This document shows, one piece after another, positions 12,290 to 24,306 of a stretch of DNA of 64,000 nucleotides. Under the pieces are notes generated by a model. It did no database searches. It saw only the letters and a list, made by a program, of their open reading frames with translations, and was not told the origin of the DNA. The position numbers and the translations under genes are program-made. The stretch comes from Macrostomum hystrix. Taxonomy: Eukaryota; Animalia; Platyhelminthes. The stretch covers positions 1,984,001-2,048,000 of the forward strand of contig CATNEN010000039.1 in the NCBI GenBank assembly GCA_950097015.1, read 5' to 3'. Each line of letters begins with the position of its first letter. The first letter of the stretch is position 1.

Positions 12290-13068
12290 AGCCGTCTAAA
12301 ACCTGTTCGAAATCTAACCTGTCTAACACCTATTCGAAATCTAACCTGTCTAACACCTGTTCGAAATCTAACCTGTCTAACACCTATTCGAAATCTAACC
12401 TGTCTAACACCTGTTCGAAATCTAACCTGTCTAACACCTATTCGAAATCTAACCTGTCTAACACCTGTTCGAAATCTAACCTGTCTAACACCTATTCGAA
12501 ATCTAACCTGTCTAACACCTGTTCGAAATCTAACCTGTCTAACACCTGTTCGAAATCTAACCTGTCTAACACCTATTCGAAATCTAACCTGTCTAACACC
12601 TGTTCGAAATCTAACCTGTCTAACACCTATTCGAAATCTAACCTGTCTAACACCTATTCGAAATCTAACCTGTCTAACACCTGTTCGAAATCTAACCCGT
12701 CTAACACCTGTTCGAAATCTAACCTGTCTAACACCTGTTCGAAATCTAACCTGTCTAACACCTGTTCGAAATCTAACCTGTCTAACACCTGTTCGAAATC
12801 TAACCCGTCTAACACCTGTTCGAAATCTAACCTGTCTAACACCTATTCGAAATCTAACCCGTCTAACACCTGTTCGAAATCTAACCTGTCTAACACCTAT
12901 TCGAAATCTAACCCGTCTAACACCTGTTCGAAATCTAACCTGTCTAACACCTGTTCGAAATCTAACCCGTCTAACACCTGTTCGAAATCTAACCTGTCTA
13001 ACACCTGTTCGAAATCTAACCCGTCTAACACCTGTTCGAAATCTAACCTGTCTAACACCTATTCGAAA
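12290..13068. repeat. Minisatellite, 27 bp unit (CTGTCTAACACCTGTTCGAAATCTAAC)
   Basis: Tandem periodicity; explains the LDRLDFEQV ORF. Confidence 0.95.
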
Positions 13069-13838
13069 TAGACAGTTAGTTCAGGGATAGTCAGTTAGTT
13101 CAGGGAAAGACAGTTAGTTCAGGGATAGTCAGTTAGTTCAGGATAGTCAGTTAGTTTAGGGATAGCCATTTAGTTCAGGGATAGTCAGTTAGTTTAGGGA
13201 TAGTCAGTTAGTTCAGGGATAGTCAGTTAGTTCAGGATAGCCAGTTAGTTCAGGGATAGTCAGTTAGTTCAGGATAGCCATTTAGTTCAGGGATAGTCAG
13301 TTAGTTCAGGATAGTCAGTTCAGGATAGTCAGTTAGTTCAGGGATAGTCAGTTAGTTCAGGATAGCCATTTAGTTCAGGGATAGTCAGTTAGTTCAGGAT
13401 AGTCAGTTAGTTCAGGATAGCCATTTAGTTCAGGGATAGTCAGTTAGTTCAGGATAGTCAGTTAGTTCAGGGATAGTCAGTTAGTTCAGGATAGCCATTT
13501 AGTTCAGGGATAGTCAGTTAGTTCAGGATAGTCAGTTCAGGATAGTCAGTTAGTTCAGGGATAGTCAGTTAGTTTAGGGATAGCCAGTTAGTTCAGGATA
13601 GTCAGTTAGTTCAGGATAGCCATTTAGTTCAGGGATAGTCAGTTAGTTCAGGATAGTCAGTTCAGGATAGTCAGTTAGTTCAGGGATAGTCAGTTAGTTT
13701 AGGGATAGCCAGTTAGTTCAGGATAGTCAGTTAGTTCAGGATAGCCATTTAGTTCAGGGATAGTCAGTTAGTTCAGGATAGTCAGTTCAGGATAGTCAGT
13801 TAGTTCAGGATAGTCAGTTAGTTCAGGATAGTTAGTCA
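13069..13838. repeat. 19 bp minisatellite (duplicated tail of the 6412-10625 array)
   Basis: Same order of variant units as 9856-10625. Confidence 0.95.
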
Positions 13839-14370
13839 GATCTGTAGATTATCCCGAGTCGCAATGAAATAAAAACTGGTTTCCAAGAAGTCAATTTCAT
13901 TAAGTACAGATATTTCTCAAATCTGGGAGTTGGAAATAAATGGAAGTCGCATGCTCTACTGAAATTGTCACAATTTATTTGCTTCTGTATCTCCGGTTTA
14001 AGCAAAACACAAGCTGGCTAATTTGAGCTAAAGGTTGCGGACTCTTGAACAGGTATGATTGAGCATAAATGGACTGAAATCAACTGCTATTAGGGTGGGT
14101 TTTTGGCGGCAAAAGCAATCTCATAACAATGGTGTCCAGACACTGTGGATGATTTTATTTCAAATTAGAAATAGAAAATAATTATACTTGGGCAAATAAC
14201 GTCAGTAAGTAAAACGCATGGCGAAGTGGCACAGGTATGTACAGTTGTACACTGCAAATTGAAATAGCGTATGTATTAAAAACGTTTAAGTGGAAAGAGA
14301 AAAATAAACAATTTTGGCCCAGAAATAGACTCAAGAGCAGCAATTTAACACACGACTTCAACAGCACTGG

Positions 14371-14976
14371 GATCTACCGGCTGCTAGCCTACCCAACACT
14401 CGGATCTACCGGCTGCTAGCCTACCCAACACTCTGATCTACCGGCTGCTAGCCTACCAACATTCGGATCTACCGGCTGCTAGCCTACCAACACTCGGATC
14501 TACCGGCTGCTAGCCTACCAACACTCGGATCTACCGGCTGCTAGCCTACCCACACTCGGATCTACCGGCTGCTAGCCTACCAACACTCGGATCTACCGGC
14601 TGCTAGCCTACCAACACTCGGATCTACCGGCTGCTAGCCTACCTAACACTCGGATCTACCGGCTGCTAGCCTACCCAACACTCGGATCTACCGGCTGCTA
14701 GCCTACCCACACTCGGATCTACCGGCTGCTAGCCTACCCAACACTCGGATCTACCGGCTGCTAGCCTACCCAACACTCGGATCTACCGGCTGCTAGCCTA
14801 CCTAACACTCGGATCTACCGGCTGCTAGCCTACCCAACACTCGGATCTACCGGCTGCTAGCCTACCCACACTCGGATCTACCGGCTGCTAGCCTACCCAA
14901 CACTCGGATCTACCGGCTGCTAGCCTACCCACACTCGGATCTACCGGCTGCTAGCCTACCCAACACTCGGATCTAC
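14371..14976. repeat. 31-32 bp minisatellite (duplicate copy)
   Basis: Same unit as 11158-11766 with minor variants. Confidence 0.95.
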
Positions 14977-15499
14977 TTCAAGAAAGTAAGCATTAATTAA
15001 TACTGCTATAAGACAGACGTCGGTAGATTAATGCCACTAAGCAATCGGTCTAGAAAGAATCTATTCTACGAGTATACGAGTACCGAATTTAAATTAAAAA
15101 ACTAAAATAAAAAACTGACAATTTGATCATCTGATCAGGCATTAGACAAAGCGAAGAAGCAGTTATCCAGTTGCTGCATGAAGTTAAACAGGCGGTTCGC
15201 GCTGCATAAAAGTACATTTGATAAACAGTCAAGACAGCCACTTGGGAAAGAAGGCTTTCTATTTATCTTAAAAAAGTGGAGTATAACAAGGGCAGAAACC
15301 GAATTTTTATAATCGATTTACAAATATTTCCTTAATTCATTTTGGCGTAGATTTCAAGCCACAAAAATGTCCATTTGCGGAGATCTGATGACAAATATTA
15401 CAGTAGCGGCCCTTTGAGAAGTGTCGCCATAGGGCTTGTCTGCAATAAAAGGTATTTTGGCTCAATATCATTACTAGGCTGATCAAAGTTTACTATCCA

Positions 15500-16395
15500 A
15501 GCCGTCTAAAACCTGTTCGAAATCTAACCTGTCTAACACCTATTCGAAATCTAACCTGTCTAACACCTGTTCGAAATCTAACCTGTCTAACACCTATTCG
15601 AAATCTAACCTGTCTAACACCTGTTCGAAATCTAACCTGTCTAACACCTATTCGAAATCTAACCTGTCTAACACCTGTTCGAAATCTAACCTGTCTAACA
15701 CCTATTCGAAATCTAACCTGTCTAACACCTGTTCGAAATCTAACCTGTCTAACACCTGTTCGAAATCTAACCTGTCTAACACCTGTTCGAAATCTAACCT
15801 GTCTAACACCTGTTCGAAATCTAACCTGTCTAACACCTATTCGAAATCTAACCTGTCTAACACCTATTCGAAATCTAACCTGTCTAACACCTGTTCGAAA
15901 TCTAACCCGTCTAACACCTGTTCGAAATCTAACCTGTCTAACACCTATTCGAAATCTAACCTGTCTAACACCTGTTCGAAATCTAACCTGTCTAACACCT
16001 GTTCGAAATCTAACCCGTCTAACACCTGTTCGAAATCTAACCTGTCTAACACCTATTCGAAATCTAACCCGTCTAACACCTGTTCGAAATCTAACCTGTC
16101 TAACACCTATTCGAAATCTAACCCGTCTAACACCTGTTCGAAATCTAACCTGTCTAACACCTGTTCGAAATCTAACCCGTCTAACACCTGTTCGAAATCT
16201 AACCTGTCTAACACCTGTTCGAAATCTAACCCGTCTAACACCTGTTCGAAATCTAACCTGTCTAACACCTATTCGAAATCTAACCTGTCTAACACCTATT
16301 CGAAATCTAACCTGTCTAACACCTATTCGAAATCTAACCTGTCTAACACCTGTTCGAAATCTAACCTGTCTAACACCTGTTCGAAATCTGACTTG
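15500..16395. repeat. 27 bp minisatellite immediately 3' of the FMR1-like stop codon
   Basis: Same unit as 12290-13068. Confidence 0.95.
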
Positions 16396-16413
16396 TCTTA
16401 CACCTTGTCTTGT

Positions 16414-19400
16414 TTAATAGCGCCGATGGTAGCCATAGTCGCGCCCACTATCACCGCTCTGCTGACGGCCATTGCCATTCTGGTAGGCACTGTAAAATTG
16501 CCAATAGTCCTGATAGTACTGCATTTCATTGGAGTCGAGCCAGTAGCCATCATCAAAATAATTGTCTCCGTTGAACGCTCGCCTGCCACGTCCTCTGCCG
16601 CCGTTAAAGCCACTGCGGCCGTTATAATCACCCTGACCACTCCTGCGGCCTTCAGGGCGAGCGTCACTGCGGCCTTCAGGGCCAGCATCCTTGCCAACTT
16701 CAGGGCGGGCGTCACTGCGGCCTTCAGGGCGGGCGTCACTACGGCCTTCAGGGTGGGCCTCACTACGGCCTTCAGGGCGGACATCCTTGCGGACTTCAGG
16801 GCGGGCGTCACTTCGGCCTTCAGGGCGGACGTCACTGCGGCATTCAGGGCGGGCGTCACTACGGCCTTCAGGGCGGACGTCCTTGCGGACTTCAGGGCGG
16901 GCGTCACTTCGGCCTTCAGGGCGAGCGTCACTGCGGCCTTCAGGGCGGGCGTCACTGCGGCCTTCAGGGCGGGCGTCACTACGGCCTTCAGGGCGGGCCT
17001 CACTACGGCCTTCAGGGCGGACGTCCTTGCGGACTTCAGGGCGGGCGTCACTTCGGCCTTCAGGGCGGACGTCACTGCGGCATTCAGGGCGGGCGTCACT
17101 ACGGCCTTCAGGGCGGACGTCCTTGCGGACTTCAGGGCGGGCGTCACTTCGGCCTTCAGGGCGAGCGTCACTGCGGCCTTCAGGGCGGGCGTCACTGCGG
17201 CCTTCAGGGCGGGCGTCACTGCGGCCTTCAGGGCGGACGTCCTTGTGGACTTCAGGGCCGGCGTCACTACGGCCTTCAGGGCGGGCGTCACTTCGGCCTT
17301 CAGGGCGGACGTCCTTGCGGACTTCAGGGCGGGCGTCACTGCAGCCTTCAGGGCGGGCGACACTACGGCCTTCAGGGCGGACGTCCTTGCGGACTTCAGG
17401 GTGGGCGTCACTTCGGACTTCAGGGCGGGCGTCACTTCGGCCTTCAGGGCGAGCGTCACTGCGGCCTTCAGGGCGGGCGTCACTGCGGCCTTCAGGGCGG
17501 GCGTCACTGCGGCCTTCAGGGCGGACGTCCTTGTGGACTTCAGGGCCGGCGTCACTACGGCCTTCAGGGCGGACGTCACTACGGCCTTCAGGGCGGGCGT
17601 CACTTCGGCCTTCAGGGCGGACGTCCTTGTGGACTTCAGGGCGGGCGTCACTGCAGCCTTCAGGGCGGGCGTCACTACGGCCTTCAGGGCGGACGTCCTT
17701 GCGGACTTCACGACGGGTGTAACTGCGGCCTTCAATGCGGGCGTCATTGCGGCCTTCAGGTCGGGCGTCACTGCGGCCTTCAGGTCGGGCGTCACTGCGG
17801 CCTTCAGGCCGGGCGTCACTGCGGCCGTCAGGCCGTGCGTCACTGCGGCCTTCAGGGCGGACGTCCTTGCGGACTTCAGGACGGGTGTAACTGCGGCCTT
17901 CAATGCGGGCGTCATTGCGGCCTTTGTGGCGAACTTCAGGGTGACCTTCAAGGCGCGCGTCACTTCGGCCTTCGTGGCGGGCGTCACTGCGACCATTAAT
18001 CTGGTTGACATGGCGATTATTACAACGGGCATTATTCCATCCGTTATTGCGGTTTTCGGGTCGTGCATTACTTCTTGTATCAGCTCGGACTTCAGGTCGG
18101 GCATCAGCTTGGGCTTCAGGACGGGCATCAGCTCGGACTTCAGGGCGGACTTCAGGGCGGGTTTCTCTGCGATTTTCGTTGAGATCATTGGGTTCAGGCT
18201 GGTCATAACTGCGATTGCTGGTGTGATTAGGGCCGTTGCTACGGCCATCCTTGCGGTCTTCGATGCGCACTTTACGGCGCCCTTCATCCGGGACCCTGCG
18301 CCCTTCATCCGGGACCCTGCGCCCTTCATCCGGGACCCTGCGCCCTTCATCTGGGACCCTTCGGCCTTCCGAATGGTCGATTCGGCGCGGCATCCGTCTG
18401 CCATCAATCTGATTGTTTCTGCGCCCGTCGCCGCGACCCAGACTGCGGCTGCGTATCGCAGTTCTAACCGATCTCGAGCCGGAGGCCTCATCGCCGCCGT
18501 TGTATAGCGTTGACTCGACCTGAAGTTTCTCACGATCGAGCAGCTCCAGCTTGCGCGCGGTGTCCAGCTGGTACTCCAGCATGAATCTGGCGCTGTCTAC
18601 CGCCTCCGGAGTTCCGATCAGTCGGATCGATGTGGTTGGCCCTACGGACTGGCAAGCAGAAAGAGAGATTTCAAGTTGAGTTGAGTTCTGCTGTGAGATT
18701 TACTATGGGATCTGAGAGGGTTGGGAGACTAACTATGGGATCTGAGAGCTATAGGAGATTAACTAAGGGACCTAGGGGCCCTTTAACAATAAGAAAAAAC
18801 CCAAAGAGAACCTTGACTTTGAAATCCGGACGATTTAGAGATCAACCGCGGGATCTTAGACCGACCAATTGTACTGATTTTCTAGCATGAAACTTGATTA
18901 GGAAAAGCGCCAAGCTTACCTCCTCGGAACCGCCATCTCCGGTCGCACTCGCTGGCGAAGCCTCGAGCACCTCTTCGCCAACCAGCAGGTTCTGAAGGCG
19001 CGCATTGTCAACGATGGTCTGGGCCACGTAACCACCCTTGCCCAACAGGCGACCAATCAACGGCGTCGGCACCCGGACCATTAGGTCCGTCAGCTCCAGC
19101 ATGCGGCGGGCCTCATCGATCGACTCAGTCGATGTGCCGTACAGGCGGAATACACCTGCCGAGTTGTCGTAGTGCACGAATTTCAGGCCCGGAAGGCGCC
19201 GAGCGGCGACCGCGTTTTGGCCGCCAGCGCCGAGTGCCAGACTGGCGAGATGGGTTGGAACCGGGAACTCCAACAGAAGGCGGGGCCTGCGCGACTCGGC
19301 TGCGGAGGCCGCGGCTGTGGCGGCCGACTCGGCAGCACGCTGAACTGCCAGGCGCTCCGCTAATCGCGATCGCAATTCGTCCAGATCCTGTTTTGAATGG

Positions 19401-22400
19401 TTTTTTTATGTACAGGAAATTCTACTACTTTAAGTAGCTTGAGGTTTCAGTCTAGCCGTAAGAGCATTTTGAACTTCTGATCGTCGGGAGTTCAAATCTC
19501 AGTTGGAAGAAAAATCGGAGTATCTTGTATCTTGAACAAGCTGCAAAATGGAAGTCAGCATTGGCTTAGGTGGAAAATTTTATAGAATAAGAAACCTCCC
19601 ATCTTTATGATAATAATAATAATTATAATAATTGCAGGTGGGCTCAAAACTAGACCCGCAGCCAGCGAGGAGGCAATTCTGCCCGTTCCGCTTACTCCCG
19701 AGTACACATGCACACAGATTCTGTACGCAGGCACACGCTCACACAGGTGTGTACATCTGTCCTGACTTTCTCATCGTCGGGCAATATACATCTCATTGTA
19801 AATTGCAAACAAGCCCCAAGCCTTCTCTCAGCGGCTGCGCCTGAAATGAATGCGGCCTCGCTGCGCCAAGAGGCAAACGCGCTAACCGCTCTGCCACCCA
19901 CCCCTGCATCTCTGGGATCCTTTGAATTGAAATGATTCTTGAGCTTAATAGTTGCCCTGAGCAAGATCAGACAACACAGTCACTCACACTCTGCAGAGCA
20001 GCTCTCCAACGCAATCGCTTAGCAATGAGGCTGCTGAGCAGCTCAAAGCGAGCTGCGTCAGACTCGCTGGGAGTCGCCAATGCAACAGCGTCCTTGCCAC
20101 CGGGCCACAGGATCAGGCAGGGCTCCGTGGCCAAGGGGTAGCCGGACTGACGGGCCTGGCTCTGCAGGGCGGCCAGGACTTCGGCCGCGGTAGGGCGACG
20201 ATTTGCAGCTTCGGCGGCCGGCGGTTGTAGTCGCGGCAGGTCGAGGCGGCACTGGTGCAGCCGCGTAGCCGAAAGCGGCTGATGCGAGTCTGCCAATCGG
20301 ACCTTGGCTCGATCCACGATCTGGGAGGGAACGCCAAGCATCAGTAGAATACTATAGTTATCAGTAGTATGCTTTAGGCTAGCGGCAGTATTTCAGTAGC
20401 ATACTATAGTTATCAGTAGCATGCTTAGGCTAGCGGCAGTATGTCAGTAGCATACTATAGTTATCAGTAGCATGCTTAGGCTAGCGGCAGTATGTCAGTA
20501 GCATACTATAGTTATCAGTAGCATGCTTAGGCTAGCGGCAGTATGTCAGTAGCATACTATAGTTATCAGTAGCATGCTTAGGCTAGCGGCAATATGTCAG
20601 TAGCATACTATAGTTATCAGTAGTATGCTTTAGGCTAGCGGCAGAAGTCAGTAGTATACTATAGCTATCAGTAGTATGCTTTAGGCTAGCGGCAGAAGTC
20701 AGTAGTATACTATAGCTATCAGTAGTATGCTTTAGGCTAGCGGCAGAAGTCAGTAGTATACTATAGCCATCAGTAGTATGCTTTAGGCTAGCGGCAGAAG
20801 TCAGTAGTATACTATAGCCATCAGTAGTATGCTTAGGCTAGCGGCAGAAGTCAGTAGTATACTATAGCCATCAGTAGTATGCTTAGGCTAGCGGCAGAAG
20901 TCAGTAGTATACTATAGCCATCACTAGTATGCTTAAGGCTAGCGAAAGTGTCAGTAGTATACTATAGCTATCAGTAGTATCCTTAGGATAGCGACAGTGT
21001 ATCAGGATTGGATCGGATATCACTAGTATTATTAAATGCTGTAGTATTCTTAGGCGTGCATTAGTATTAATATTATTAGCTTGGCTGTTTAAAGCAATTC
21101 CTTAAACTCAGATTTTAAATCATATCTTTGATACAAAGCTTTTTGTGGCTAAAGGCCTACAATATGCTCACCAGTTGTTTTGAGTCCTTGTCCAAGATGC
21201 AGATGACAAACTCGCCCTTGACCTCCACCACCCTGGCTGGCCACCAGACATCACTGCCACCTTCAGGCAGACCAGAGGCTGCACTGACACCAGAGTCAGG
21301 GGATGCAATCAGCACCTCAACAACATCTCCAATGGTCAGTGGCTTAAGTAAATGCTGACCATTGTCTAAACATAGGTAGCAGTGCTCAACAGAGACAGGT
21401 GGCAGGTCAGACCAGTTGGGACCAGCATGTAAAACCTTTGAACCTGATATACTCACTGGTTGCAACTAAAAATTTGTTCATCAAGTTAGTTTAATTAACT
21501 ATATTTAACTCAAGTATCAAACAGGAGAGTCATTAAAAATTTGTAACATTAAAACTAAAAACTAATTGAGAACATCATCTATTAACTATGAAAATATCAG
21601 GCCCCTTACAGAAGATTAAATATCTTATTTTATAAAACTTCACAGTCTAAGGGTAAGCTCAAGGCTTTGCTAGCAAGTGCAGCCAGAGAAGGCAGCTCCA
21701 AGCATGTTAGTTTTTTCCTCATTAAGTGTGAAGCTAGCAAAACATTAGCTACTACAAAATATGTTAAGTACTACTATAGTCAATACATATATAATAGAAA
21801 ACTTTTCTATATAGACATAGCATAAATCTTACTCCTTTAAAATAATAACTAAATATAAAATAATACTAATTATACTTTTTTGCAAATCTATCATTTAGAA
21901 GGACAAAAAATTTACTGATTACTTTGTTACTCAATAAATGTATTTACAAAGCTTATATAATCATTAGGCACATATATTCCTAGCAAGAGTTATATGAAAA
22001 TCATTTTAGCTTTAGCTAGCTCTAGACCCCAAGTCCACAGTATCAATATGTTTCTTGGTAAACTTATTAAATACAAATGACCCACAAAGTTGATTCATAA
22101 CAGCTTTCTAATTAAAACATATAAATTCGTTAGATGACAAAGTGTCTAGGATCCATTGTTATGTTATGTGTTATACAAAAAGTTGAATAAAGTTAGGGCC
22201 TATATTCCTAGCTACATTTTAAGAATTTAAGGCCAATTATAAAATTAGCTTATCAACAAAAATAGAAATAATGAATATCTTTGATCTTTGATCATGTATA
22301 CTATTAGCGAGTAATTAGGGCATGTATACTTTATTCAGGTGAGGTAGTCAGTAATTTATTATCACTAGACTTAATAATAAAAGGGATTGGATATTTTCAT

Positions 22401-22541
22401 GCTAAAATAAAAAGAAGAAAATATTCTTCCAAATGCAAACAATTATGACATAAGAAGCAAGATCTGACTACACTCAGACTATTTACTTACCCTACAGAAT
22501 CCACCCTCGGTGCCCTTGACTTCTAAATAAAATGCTGACAT
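16414..22541 (-). CDS. FMR1: Divergent FMR1/FXR-family RNA-binding protein, ~1126 aa, 5 exons (22541-22491, 21465-21172, 20320-19988, 19387-18920, 18648-16414)
   Basis: Exon 1 MSAFYLEVKGTEGGFCR resembles FMR1 MEELVVEVRGSNGAFYK (also 17 codons). Agenet/Tudor region GDVVEV...WWPARVVEVKGEF. KH1 LALGAGGQN...FRLYGTSTESIDEARRMLE. KH2 VPTPLIGRLLGKGG. Post-KH helix IGTPEAVDSARFMLEYQL...LDREKLQV. Then a long repeat and an RGG-like GGRGRGRR. All introns are GT-AG, phase 0; total 3381 nt. The symbol denotes the family, not proven orthology. Confidence 0.88.
16645..17990 (-). repeat. Coding 24-nt minisatellite (PEGRSDAR/PEVRKDVR octapeptide, roughly 55 units)
   Basis: Frame-preserving 24-nt periodicity inside the terminal exon of the FMR1-like gene. 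Confidence 0.92.
19610..19905 (-). mobile_element. tRNA-derived SINE family B, internally deleted copy in FMR1-like intron 3
   Basis: Aligns by eye with 43722-44066 (CTAGACCCGCAGCCAGCGAGGAGGCAATTCTGCCC...). Lacks the B-box segment; has a (TAA)n-like tail. Confidence 0.8.
20341..21000. repeat. Minisatellite, ~50-51 bp composite unit (TCAGTAGCATACTATAGTTATCAGTAGCATGCTTAGGCTAGCGGCAGTATG), FMR1-like intron 2
   Basis: Tandem periodicity with an internal TCAGTAGYAT subrepeat; ends ~20 nt from the acceptor. Confidence 0.93.
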
Positions 22542-23074
22542 TATAGTAAGATTTCTATGAAAAATGAAAAAAATAACTAGGCTAGGCTTAGTCAATCAGG
22601 CAACTTTACTTCACAGTAATATGACGGAAAACCACATGTAAAAACTTTAGACAGGCGTGCATTGTACATTATATGACGAAAAAGGAACAACCTAAAAAGA
22701 AAGCGAAAATTAGAGAACTTCTTTAACATCTTTAATCCAATTATTTTTCATTTTCAGTGCTAAAAAATTCATTCTTTTGCCCTAATAATTGATGCAAGTA
22801 ACAATCATCAGAGCGACTTAACGAAACAAGATAGCAGTTTTGTTATGTTTTATGACTTCGCTTTCCGGAAGACCTTTCGTCAAAACGGAGGGCTGTTTTC
22901 CAAAACATCCCGAATATAACATGCAAAAGTTTGCATATTTATCCTGCGATAACATGTTACCGTGTTACAGAATTCGAGCATTTCTATGAAAGTAAATCGT
23001 GAAAGCAAACGTATAAATTGTATTTCTATAGTATTCTATAGTATTCTATAGTAGTCTATACTCTTATAGTACAC

Positions 23075-23750
23075 CCGCTGTTTCTACTCAATGACTGAGC
23101 AAGAAGCTAGACGGTACTCTGATAACCTTAAAAGACGTCAGGCATGTGCACGCTTGAATGCGCCAGGCACCAAGAATGCGCGAGCGATGTACATGCAATG
23201 GATGATGAATGAGGGTCATCTTCAAGAGCATCTCATATGCGTCGATGAATGTGGCTTTAACTCGTGGACTTCGCGGTCTAAAGGCTAGGATCAGCTGCTG
23301 GCGATCGTGCTGTGCGAATTACCGATGGTCAGCGCGGTCCAATGTCACCGTCGTTCTCGCGCTTGGATTGGTTCACAATGCATGTCACGTTGGTGGCTTC
23401 ACAGAAGAACGCTTCACTGGTGTCTGTACTTGTTGACGCACCATTCGTGATGGTGGCGGACAATGCGAGAGCCCACACCAACGAGAGCCCACATCAGTCC
23501 ATCTCAGCACTGAAGGCCGCAGTAAAGAGACGACTGACAGAACCGGCAGTTGTTCGAGAGCTGGGTGATCGCGCCACCGCAGCGCAGGCTGCGATGACAT
23601 TGCACAATTGGCAACTGAGCATTCTGATTCGCGAATTGCATGTCAGCATGCCTTATCTTATCTGACACATGACCACTGCCTACGATGGCACCTGCACACG
23701 TTGAGTTACGGACAGGCCTGCTTGGATCGTCGCGATATTTTGTTTTAAAA
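23075..23750 (+). pseudogene. Degenerate IS630/Tc1-superfamily (DDE_3-type) transposase remnant
   Basis: Fragments LICVDECGFNSWTSRSKG*, GQRGP/NVTVVLA and FVMVADNARAH, broken by stops and frameshifts. Confidence 0.75.
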
Positions 23751-24306
23751 TAAACTGTTCAAAATAAACGTTTGTTTCGTGATCTGTTCAGTGGATTTGA
23801 TCTGAGGTTTAACCATAGACTCTTAAGTTGAATGTATGCCTTTCTGCTATATATGGCAGATTTGAAGTACTTGTGACAGACCTGGAGTGGAAAGGCATAT
23901 TTGTTGCAATATCAGGACTTTCGTGATGGGGTCATGGATGAATGAATAGAATGGATTGCTATTCTAGCTCTGGCTATTTTCGTTTTTGACTCTTTTGCAT
24001 CCGGTTCCCCCCTGCCTTTTCATTGGTTGATGATTGCCATAGACAATTTTCTGCCTTCGCCCCTTTCTTTCGATGCACAAGCGCAAAGAACTGAGAATGT
24101 CGGTTACTTGCAGAGATTATCGAGCGCTCGTTATGTGTGTTGTTTTCCTGTTCCAATTTCACTCAATTTCACCATTCTAACAGTCTGTGTTGTCATGTAC
24201 GTTAATAGAATCGTGTACCACAAGTTTTGATGTGTCGCTGAAGAAATAGAACTTACTAAAAGGGCACACACAAAGGTATCCCTCGATGATGAAACTGAAC
24301 TTACTA

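Larger units (their letters stand above)
9855..16278. repeat. Tandem segmental duplication, ~3.2 kb unit (9855-13067 and 13068-~16278)
   Basis: Unique spacers 10626-11157 and 11767-12290 recur at +3213/+3210. ORFs 10969 and 14182 are identical. Confidence 0.95.

Noticed and set aside
16393-18533. 704-aa antisense ORF and 711-aa alternative-frame ORF over the FMR1-like tail
   Set aside because: A stop-free 24-nt repeat keeps several frames open. Only the PEGRSDAR frame is spliced in frame to the conserved KH exons.
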